The notes under the pieces were generated by a model, which was not told where the DNA came from, ran no database searches, and worked only from the letters and a program-made list of their open reading frames with translations. A DNA stretch of 45,274 nucleotides. Source: a candidate division WOR-3 bacterium. Lineage in GTDB: Bacteria > Hydrothermota > Tepidihabitantia > Tepidihabitantales > JAOUPE01. The stretch is from positions 1 to 45,274 of the forward strand of contig JBDRUX010000007.1 in the NCBI GenBank assembly GCA_039801565.1, given 5' to 3'. Positions 11,838-18,730 of this stretch are shown piece after piece (the stretch's first letter is position 1; every line of letters begins with the position of its first letter). A program made the translations under genes and the position numbers.

Positions 11838-12338
11838 TTATCTCTTCCAACTAATTCTTGTTTGTTTATTTTCACGACTAAAGTTGATTTTCAATTCACC
11901 GCGATAGGCACGTTTCAGTGCTTTCCCAATCGCCACTGCCAGATTCTCCGAAGTCGTCTCGACCACAATCGTATCGTCATTATTTTTTAGACTCATAATT
12001 CGGTCTAACGGATTCCGCAAAATTTCTCGTTTTTCTTCATTCCGGATTAAATTTATTATCTCAGTCCGATGTTGCTTAATGAAATCGTCTTCTTGTGTAA
12101 TTGTAACAATTCCCATTGGAAAGTGGTCTTCTATCTTACGGCAAGATGGACACTTATGTTTTTGAGCAATAGATTTTATACTATTGAGCAGATATTCGTC
12201 TTTTGTCCAGCGTTTATTGTGGTAGACCAGCCCACAGCCAGGGCAGATGGTTGGTTCGGGATAAGCCTTGGTGGTTAGGTAGGGGTCGTCTAACTTGGGT
12301 TTTGGTCCTGACCGGGCTTGGCCACGTCGTTCGGGCAT
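11838..12338 (-). CDS. BCAM0308-like/NMD3-related zinc-binding protein
   Basis: DPY...EPTICPGCG..Y...RW...CPSCRKIED..P.G, NPLDRIM, TTSENLA..IGKAL..AYRGEL; family assigned from memory. Confidence 0.75.
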   Translation of the reverse strand: MPERRGQARSGPKPKLDDPYLTTKAYPEPTICPGCGLVYHNKRWTKDEYLLNSIKSIAQKHKCPSCRKIEDHFPMGIVTITQEDDFIKQHRTEIINLIRNEEKREILRNPLDRIMSLKNNDDTIVVETTSENLAVAIGKALKRAYRGELKINFSRENKQTRISWKR

Positions 12339-12387
12339 AGATTTTAGGTACTAATAATTTTCGTCTTGAGTTTTACAAAGGTTAATT

Positions 12388-12462
12388 TGGGCGATACCTG
12401 AGTTGAACAGGTGACCTCCTCCTTGTAAGGGAGGCGCTCTTGCCAATCTGAGCTAATCGCCC
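12388..12462 (-). tRNA. tRNA-Val(TAC), CCA not encoded
   Basis: Reverse complement GGGCGATTAGCTCAGATTGGCAAGAGCGCCTCCCTTACAAGGAGGAGGTCACCTGTTCAACTCAGGTATCGCCCA folds as a cloverleaf with anticodon TAC. Confidence 0.96.
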
Positions 12463-12471
12463 GCACACTCT

Positions 12472-12500
12472 ATTATAAGATTATTAATAAGGTTTGTCAA
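12472..12500 (-). promoter_or_regulatory. Consensus sigma70 promoter for tRNA-Val and downstream genes
   Basis: Minus strand TTGACA-N17-TATAAT, perfect consensus. Confidence 0.8.
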
Positions 12501-12501
12501 T

Positions 12502-12554
12502 TTGGTTTTTGGTTGTTGGTTTTTAGTCTAACAACTAATAACCAATTACCAACA
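12502..12554. repeat. 53-bp dispersed heptamer-built palindromic repeat, copy 1
   Basis: 50/53 identical to 17691-17743. Confidence 0.85.
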
Positions 12555-12558
12555 TATT

Positions 12559-13056
12559 TCAGGTGTTATTAAAATGATATCTTCCAAGTTCAATAATCTC
12601 GGTTTTTAAACTATCAACATCTAAGATTGCAATCGTTGCCTTGCCCCTTAACCAACCCGAAGCTTCACCTGGGTTAATTATCAAAGGGTTTCCTGGTTTT
12701 ATCTCGGGTAAATGGGTATGGCCATAGATTAAGATGTCAATATCGGATGGTGGAGTAATAGGGTTATGGCTTATTAAGATTTTTTTGCCGGCAAGCTCAA
12801 ATTTATAGGGTGGAATGTGAAGCGAAAAACCGAGGGATTCGGCTTTTTGCCTCAAGCCGGTTCTTTCACCATCACAATTGCCAAAGACACCTAATAGTTT
12901 AACTTTCAGCTCCTTAAAATTTTCTAAGGTGAAAGGAGCGATATAATCACCACAATGGATAACTAAGCACAACTCAACTTCGTTAAATCTTGCAACTGCT
13001 GCTTTAACCATTGTTAGATTGTCATGGGTATCCGAAATCAAACCAATTTTAGGCAT
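12559..13056 (-). CDS. YfcE/MJ0936-family metallophosphoesterase
   Basis: SDTHDN, HCGD, GNCD, GHTH, NPGE motifs. Confidence 0.93.
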   Translation of the reverse strand: MPKIGLISDTHDNLTMVKAAVARFNEVELCLVIHCGDYIAPFTLENFKELKVKLLGVFGNCDGERTGLRQKAESLGFSLHIPPYKFELAGKKILISHNPITPPSDIDILIYGHTHLPEIKPGNPLIINPGEASGWLRGKATIAILDVDSLKTEIIELGRYHFNNT

Positions 13057-13100
13057 AACGAATCGAAACTATCTCGTAATAAGGCAAAATAAAATTTACC

Positions 13101-13412
13101 TTACCGAATGTCCTCGAATCGCGTCTGGTTATTATGCGGCTTAAAGAATCTTGAGATGAAAAGGGTACCAAGCCAAAGTAAGAGAATAGGGATTAGCATC
13201 ACAAGTCCTAAGAGGGTTCCATTTTTAATAATACCGTTGGTTTCGCGGGCAAAGAATTCACCACCTTCGTAACCTAACAAGTGGTCAACCAACATCATTA
13301 TCGTTGCTCCCCATAGCATCAGACTCAAAAATCCTAACCGATACCGCTTCTTCAAAATAAACCATAATAGAGTTGCGATTATTGCAGCGATAAAAATTGG
13401 AAAGAACCACAT
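13101..13412 (-). CDS. Small 3-TM membrane protein (paralog of 13416-13742)
   Basis: Y.L..L.LMLWGA.I...VDH motif shared with the upstream neighbour. Confidence 0.75.
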   Translation of the reverse strand: MWFFPIFIAAIIATLLWFILKKRYRLGFLSLMLWGATIMMLVDHLLGYEGGEFFARETNGIIKNGTLLGLVMLIPILLLWLGTLFISRFFKPHNNQTRFEDIR

Positions 13413-13415
13413 TTT

Positions 13416-13742
13416 TCAATGTGTTTTTGATAGCAAAGCTAATTCTCTTCGATTTGCGATAAAGACCATAACTGCCCAGACCAAAACAATTGCTGCGGTC
13501 ATTGGGATACCGATTGTTGCCATCTCTTTCAACATTATCGGGATATCGGCTGGATTTTGCATAGCGGTTAAGAAAGGTGGATAAAAGACAACTTCCCGGT
13601 GAGCGATATGTTCGACCGCAAGGGCAATAACGCCGCCCCAGAGCATTGTGTTTAGCCAAGCAAAATGATATTTAGCAGCAACTCTTTTCCGCACCGTGGT
13701 GGTTACGATTGCGGTAGTTGCCGGAACTAAAAAACATGCCAT
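13416..13742 (-). CDS. Small 3-TM membrane protein (MACFLVP start)
   Basis: AAGGAG RBS; upstream TTGACT-N17-TATACT promoter; YHFAWLNTMLWGG..ALAVEH. Confidence 0.8.
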   Translation of the reverse strand: MACFLVPATTAIVTTTVRKRVAAKYHFAWLNTMLWGGVIALAVEHIAHREVVFYPPFLTAMQNPADIPIMLKEMATIGIPMTAAIVLVWAVMVFIANRRELALLSKTH

Positions 13743-14019
13743 ATCAACTCCTTTTTCTGAGTATAATAAATTTAAATAACTCAGTCAAGATTCTGGCGAC
13801 AGGATAACCTTTAAAACTAAAAACCGATTTGGCTTGTCAACTACTGAAACCTGCTAAATTTGTACGGTTCTTCAATATCTAAATTAAACAAAAACCTATT
13901 TCCGATAAAATCTTCGAAGAGCATCGAAGCAACCCTTGTGGTCTATGAGTATTGCAAAAAGGTGAATAGCTGAGTTGATTTTAGCGCTGGTTAGGGTCGT
14001 CAAAGCAGCTGTGATGCCA

Positions 14020-14320
14020 ATCCTATTGCAAACTTGGCTATTAGCCACATCCTAACCCAAGCTACTTGCTTGTCTATAAGTCAACCTTTCTGCTATTCTA
14101 TCTCTCTACCCACGAATTTTATTCCCTGCCAGTTTCCAAATCAATCTTTGAACCTACCCGCCAACCATAACCAGAACTAACTCGGTTGGCTACCAACCAG
14201 ACTAACCTAAAACCTACCCCCGCCACCATCCCCGATACAGCATAGGGGGTAGCCAGGGGCTAGCCCCTGATGATATGTCAATAGCTCGATTGGCTTGCAA
14301 AATCAATAACTTAGATGAAA
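14020..14320. repeat. Degenerate ~12-nt-period C-rich array ending in the 16-bp palindrome CAGGGGCTAGCCCCTG
   Basis: Recurring AACCTACCC/AACTAAC/TACC units; palindrome at 14254-14269; tail resembles 43560-43655. Boundaries are approximate. Confidence 0.45.
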
Positions 14321-14539
14321 CCTTAAAAAATTAAAATAAGCGTTTAAAAGTGTTTCAATAGAATGAAAGTCATTTTGATATTTTTATTCGGGAGCCGTTG
14401 ACCGTGGACTGACTAAAAGTTCAAAATTGTTCAAATAGTTCACAGATGTCAGAAACTGGTTAACGAAGTAGGGCAGAACTCAGTGGTGATTTTATTCATT
14501 GTAACTTCTTTGGCTTATAAGAATGTTCTTCGTCAATGC

Positions 14540-14568
14540 TTGACAGGTTGGATTTTTATTATTATTAT
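14540..14568 (+). promoter_or_regulatory. Sigma70 promoter giving a near-leaderless mRNA for the selenoprotein operon
   Basis: TTGACA(14540-45)-N17-TATTAT(14563-68); ATG 14577 follows 8 nt later with no SD. Confidence 0.65.
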
Positions 14569-14576
14569 ATAAAGTT

Positions 14577-15341
14577 ATGTCAAAGCGTCTCGATACTTTT
14601 TTACTTTTGACTACTACGCTTTTCTTATTGCAATGTTCGGAAGCGCCTTATATTCAATTAGCCGCAAATCGAATTGTCTTGGTTGAGTTATTTTCTTCAA
14701 CTAACTGAGGGTATTGTGAACGTGCGGAGCACGTTCTGGATAGCCTGCAAATGATTTACGGCGATTCCTTGGTGGTCTTAAGTTATCACGCCCAAGATTA
14801 CGATACCTTCAGTAATCCAGTTAGTAAGGCACGCGCGCGATTATACAACCCAGGAATCGAACCATCCTGTATTTTTGATGGCGGTAGTCCGGTTTATATC
14901 CAAAACCCTGACAGTTTCCGAGTTCGTTATCAAGACTATATCTTAGGCGCCCGTGCCCAAACCACAAGTTTAAAAATGGAATTTGATACAATAAAAACTG
15001 AACTCGATTCAACTCAAATTACCATTGGGGTTAATGTACTCCCAACTGAATCTTTAGCTGACCCAGCAAACCTTCGGCTGTTTGTGGTAATTTATGAAAA
15101 AATTGTTCCTTACCTTTCCAGTTTTCCGCCGTTTGATACTCTGCACGCCTTTTTTGTCGTCAGAAAATTTTTACCTGATACCTTAGGATTAGATTTGACT
15201 TTTTTGAATTTCCCTAATAGTTTTGATACTGTCTTTAGCACGCAAATCGAAAATTGGGATTTAGCTCAAATCGGGATTGCTTCATTTGTGCAAGATATCC
15301 AGACCAAAAAAGTTTTACAGGCAGTGAAAAAGGAATTTTAA
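14577..15341 (+). CDS. Omp28-like thioredoxin-fold lipoprotein, predicted selenoprotein (U44-G-Y-C47), 254 aa
   Basis: ATG 14577 is in frame with track ORF 14751: MSKRLDTFLLLTTTLFLLQC(20)SEAP...NRIVLVELFSSTN[TGA 14706-08]GYCERAEHVLDSLQMIYG. TGA occupies the first Cys of the E.FTGxxCxxC motif. The C-terminus has Omp28-like features (H.F.VRK.LP...G, ASFVQD..TKKVLQA). Confidence 0.85.
14709..14746 (+). promoter_or_regulatory. Putative bacterial SECIS element 1
   Basis: GAACGTGC-GGA-GCACGTTC (14718-14736), perfect 8-bp stem; loop G lies 17 nt after the UGA; imperfect lower stem GGGTATT/GATAGCC. Confidence 0.75.
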
Positions 15342-15350
15342 GGAGGGAAA

Positions 15351-15917
15351 ATGAAAAGATTTACGCTAGCTAAATTTTTCTTGTTTCTTAGTATCGGATT
15401 ATTTGCTTTTGGTAGTTTGAACTTTGCCCAGGAAGCCAAAAGCGATACGACCAAATATCAAAAAGCACCCAACTTCACCCTTTTAAGTACCGACAATAAA
15501 TTTGTTACCCTGGACTCATTACTCAAAAAAGGACCCGTCTATTTAGAATTCTGGGACTTGCCTTGTAAGAACTGTATCAAAGAATTGGATGCCTTGATGC
15601 CAATTTATGACTCACTTAAGGAACGCGGACTGCAAATCATCGCCCTTTCGGTTGATAAACCAGCGGATGAAGCAAAGGTGAAGACATTTGTGAAGTCGAA
15701 AAAGTGGCAATACTATGTGCTATTAGATGGCAAAGGTAAGGTGAAGGATTTATACCAAATCAAAATTAAACCGACCGCCTATCTAATAAACCAAAAGGGT
15801 GAAATCGTTTTCACTCATATCGGTTTTAAGCCCGGCGATGAGAAACGGATTAAAGAAGAATTTCTGAAATGGCTGCCGCCAGAAAAACCAAGGGAACAAG
15901 AAAAATCCGATCAATAG
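15351..15917 (+). CDS. Exported TlpA/ResA-like thiol-disulfide oxidoreductase
   Basis: Signal peptide, APNFTL, EFWDLPCKNC, IIALSVD, cis-Pro IKPT.YLINQKG; AGGAGG RBS. Confidence 0.9.
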   Translation: MKRFTLAKFFLFLSIGLFAFGSLNFAQEAKSDTTKYQKAPNFTLLSTDNKFVTLDSLLKKGPVYLEFWDLPCKNCIKELDALMPIYDSLKERGLQIIALSVDKPADEAKVKTFVKSKKWQYYVLLDGKGKVKDLYQIKIKPTAYLINQKGEIVFTHIGFKPGDEKRIKEEFLKWLPPEKPREQEKSDQ

Positions 15918-16026
15918 AATCTGGAATTTTGAATGTTGAATCTTGAATAAGAATTAAGCCCATGAGAATTCGGTGGTTGTTTTATTCTATATTCTGCATT
16001 ACCAACTTCCGTCTTTTCATCTTTTG

Positions 16027-17502
16027 ATGAGAGCTTGTCTTTCATTTTTATCTTTAATCTTATTTTTTATCGCTGCCTTTGGTCAAAGCGAATTAAACAT
16101 CACTGGTTCAAACCGCTCCGAATTCTGGGTGTTCAAAAAGGACTACGGCGTGAATTTAGAAGATAAGCTAAATGTCCTTTTAGAATACCAAAATTTTTCC
16201 GCAAAGCTTGGAATGTTTTGGTTTGAACCATCAAAGCCTTGGGATGAAAAGCGAAAACCTTTGCGCTATTTTGATTATAGTTTAGCCTATGCACCAGAAA
16301 AGTTTGAGATATTAGTGGGGAATTTCTACGAAGCGTTTGGTCAGGGGTTAGTTTTACGAACCTATCTTGATGAAGATTTCCGACATGATAAAAGTCTTCA
16401 GGGAATTAGGTTTATTGGGCACTTGCCTTTTAATACCGATTTAGTTCTCTTGGGGGCTAAATTAAGGGATGTCTTCTTTCAAGAGAATACCTATAAGATT
16501 ATGAATATCCAGGACTCATCGGACCAAACTTATGGAGCTTCGATTCTGACCCAACCAATCACCTTTATTAAACTGGGTGGTAATTACCTTCGTATAAATC
16601 GTTCTTCTGACCCAACCCCAAAGGCTTTTAATGAATTGTTTGGGGCAAGTCTTAAAGGGACAATCGGACCAATTGATTTATATGGCGAAGGTGCAAAAAG
16701 ATTTGGCACAAAACCCGGTATCGGCGGACCAGACCGAGACAATTATGGTTATTACCTCTCAGGTTCGGGTGCTTTTAGCGGTTTTGGCTTGGTCGCCGAA
16801 TTTATGAATTATTCGGGAATTGGATTTCCCGAAGGGGTTTATCATTATAACGACCCACCCACGCCGATTCGGTCGGGTGTCGCAATCAATCGTGGAGTAG
16901 ATGAGATTGGTTTTGGGGTCGGTGCTAATGCCAGTCCACTGCCACCAATTTTCTTAGAAGCCAGTTTTGCTAAAATTAAGACTCATAATAATAGCAGTGC
17001 TGTCCAAGAGATAATCGGCAAAGGAAAATATGAGCCAGTTGAGTTACCGCTAATCATCCAATTCGGCTTTGAGTCAATGCATCAAAAGGCAATCGAATTG
17101 GGAACCGCAAAACGAAATACCGAAAAACCCAATCTTGATTTTTCCTATAATATTGGCAATCATTTGTTTGAACTTGAATCCGAGTTGGCTTGGGTTTATG
17201 AATTGCCCGAAGATACAACCGAACCGTTACGCTATTACGAACCTGGTTTTACTTTTACTTATGGCTATGGCGAAGGTTTAATTCTAACCTTTGGCTGGCA
17301 ATTTTGTACAGAGGATTCTTTAAAGCGCTACGATTATGCAAAGAGTTGGCCAGTTGCTGAAATCGCCTGGTCAATCAATCAGAATAATATCTTACGCATT
17401 CGAATCGGTAGCGAACGGGGTGGTTATACTTGTTCGGGTGGGGTCTGCCGTTATGAAGCGCCATTTACCGGTATCAAAGCCAGTTTAATCAGTAAGTTTT
17501 AG
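16027..17502 (+). CDS. Outer-membrane beta-barrel protein, DUF6029-like, with C-terminal CSGGVC
   Basis: Signal peptide from ATG 16027 (MRACLSFLSLILFFIAAFG); GNFYEAFGQGLVLR; G.ERGGYTCSGGVCRYEAPF.G; terminal Phe. Family name from memory. Confidence 0.8.
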   Translation: MRACLSFLSLILFFIAAFGQSELNITGSNRSEFWVFKKDYGVNLEDKLNVLLEYQNFSAKLGMFWFEPSKPWDEKRKPLRYFDYSLAYAPEKFEILVGNFYEAFGQGLVLRTYLDEDFRHDKSLQGIRFIGHLPFNTDLVLLGAKLRDVFFQENTYKIMNIQDSSDQTYGASILTQPITFIKLGGNYLRINRSSDPTPKAFNELFGASLKGTIGPIDLYGEGAKRFGTKPGIGGPDRDNYGYYLSGSGAFSGFGLVAEFMNYSGIGFPEGVYHYNDPPTPIRSGVAINRGVDEIGFGVGANASPLPPIFLEASFAKIKTHNNSSAVQEIIGKGKYEPVELPLIIQFGFESMHQKAIELGTAKRNTEKPNLDFSYNIGNHLFELESELAWVYELPEDTTEPLRYYEPGFTFTYGYGEGLILTFGWQFCTEDSLKRYDYAKSWPVAEIAWSINQNNILRIRIGSERGGYTCSGGVCRYEAPFTGIKASLISKF

Positions 17503-17531
17503 TTATGACTTTTAAACCTTCAAATAGCATT

Positions 17532-17669
17532 ATGAGCCGAAGAATCGTTTTTGCTATCATTCTAATACTAGGACTTGTTGGATTGTTATTCGGCATCAAA
17601 CTTGCTGACCCAGAACTTATTCATCGCTTCGCTGCTGAGATATGACTATCCTGTATGGGTTTAGTATAA
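17532..17669 (+). CDS. 45-aa single-TM microprotein with U-L-S-C-M-G, predicted selenoprotein (CD1871A-like CxxC family)
   Basis: MSRRIVFAIILILGLVGLLFGIKLADPELIHRFAAEI[TGA 17643-45]LSCMGLV-TAA. Resembles the 'A..IC..CIG' microproteins found upstream of membrane 4Fe-4S proteins. An alternative in-frame ATG is at 17505. Confidence 0.8.
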
Positions 17670-17674
17670 ACCCA
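17656..17674 (+). promoter_or_regulatory. Putative bacterial SECIS element 2
   Basis: TGGGTTTA-GTA-TAAACCCA, perfect 8-bp stem; loop G lies 18 nt after the UGA; overlaps the TAA stop. Confidence 0.7.
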
Positions 17675-17690
17675 ATCAATGACTTGGTTT

Positions 17691-17743
17691 TTAGTTTTTG
17701 GTTGTTGGTTGTTAGTCCAACAACTAATAACCAATTACCAACA
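17691..17743. repeat. 53-bp dispersed heptamer-built palindromic repeat, copy 2
   Basis: 50/53 identical to 12502-12554. Confidence 0.85.
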
Positions 17744-17759
17744 ACTTGGTTTTAGGGTT

Positions 17760-18722
17760 ATGAGAATTAAACCGTATCGGATTGGTCAAATTGTTAGTGC
17801 CATTGTCCTTAATGCCTATATTTTAGCCTATCTCCAAAATAAGATTATCTATCAAGGATTCTTAAAAAGCATCCCTGAGCCGGTCTTAAATTGTTATGGC
17901 GGTCCGCTTTCGGTTTTCGCCTGCCCAATGGGTTCACTTCAGCAAATCATTGGGACACATCGCATACCATTTTACATCCTTGGTTTTTTTGTTATTATTG
18001 GCATTTTGGTTGGTCGAATGGCTTGTGCCTGGGTTTGTCCGTTCGGATTACTCCAAGACCTACTTTATAAGATTAAATCCTTTAAGTTTGATTTACCCAA
18101 ATTCGCCCCTGTGCTTACTATGTCCTTTTTTGTTGTTGGCTATCTCTTTGCTCATTTGGTTATGGCTAATTTTAGTTTAATCGGGCGAATCCTTACGGTT
18201 GCGGGATTCGTGATTCTCGGTATTATCTTGGACAATTTGATAAAATGGCGAATCGAAAAATTTAATATCACTGCTATAAAGTATTTGGTCTTAATTGGTG
18301 TCGCTGTGATTTTTGCCTATTATACGCAAGAGCCCTGGTTCTGCAAACTTTGCCCCCAAGGTACTCTTGAGGCTGGGATACCTTTAGTCTTATGGGACCC
18401 GTATAAGCAATTGCGCCAACTCGTCGGTTGGCTTTATTACACGAAAATTAGCATTTTAGTAGTAACCTTACTCTTATCAATTCCAATTAAGCGGCCATTT
18501 TGTCGGGCGGTATGTCCAATCGGCGCTATTTATGCTCCGTTCAACAAGTTTAGTCTGCTCCATTTAAAACTAAAGAGCCAAGAATGTAAGGTCTGCCGGA
18601 GATGCGAAAAGGTCTGTCCAATGGGGATTGAAGTCCATCAAGCGCCCAATCAACTCGATTGTATCCGCTGTTTCGAGTGCGTTTGGCATTGTCGGCCTCG
18701 TAGTGTTGAGATAAAACTCTAA
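17760..18722 (+). CDS. NapH/MauN/YccM-like membrane polyferredoxin (4Fe-4S binding)
   Basis: Multiple TMs; ACPMG, CAWVCPFG, CKLCPQG, CRAVCPIG; two CxxCxxCxxxC motifs. Start moved to MRIKP because the track N-terminus is translated repeat DNA. Confidence 0.9.
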   Translation: MRIKPYRIGQIVSAIVLNAYILAYLQNKIIYQGFLKSIPEPVLNCYGGPLSVFACPMGSLQQIIGTHRIPFYILGFFVIIGILVGRMACAWVCPFGLLQDLLYKIKSFKFDLPKFAPVLTMSFFVVGYLFAHLVMANFSLIGRILTVAGFVILGIILDNLIKWRIEKFNITAIKYLVLIGVAVIFAYYTQEPWFCKLCPQGTLEAGIPLVLWDPYKQLRQLVGWLYYTKISILVVTLLLSIPIKRPFCRAVCPIGAIYAPFNKFSLLHLKLKSQECKVCRRCEKVCPMGIEVHQAPNQLDCIRCFECVWHCRPRSVEIKL

Positions 18723-18730
18723 ATCTAAAA

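Noticed and set aside
11720..11840. CIRCE/HrcA operator before groES
   Set aside because: The consensus inverted repeat is absent
14706..17645. Genome-wide UGA reassignment (code 4 or 25) as the explanation for the in-frame UGAs
   Set aside because: yebC, rpmB, the SDR gene, trpB2 and rimO end at TGA at their expected C-termini, and both read-through UGAs align with Cys rather than Trp or Gly
17679..17759. Track N-terminal extension of the polyferredoxin
   Set aside because: Translation of the 53-bp heptamer repeat also found non-coding at 12502-12554
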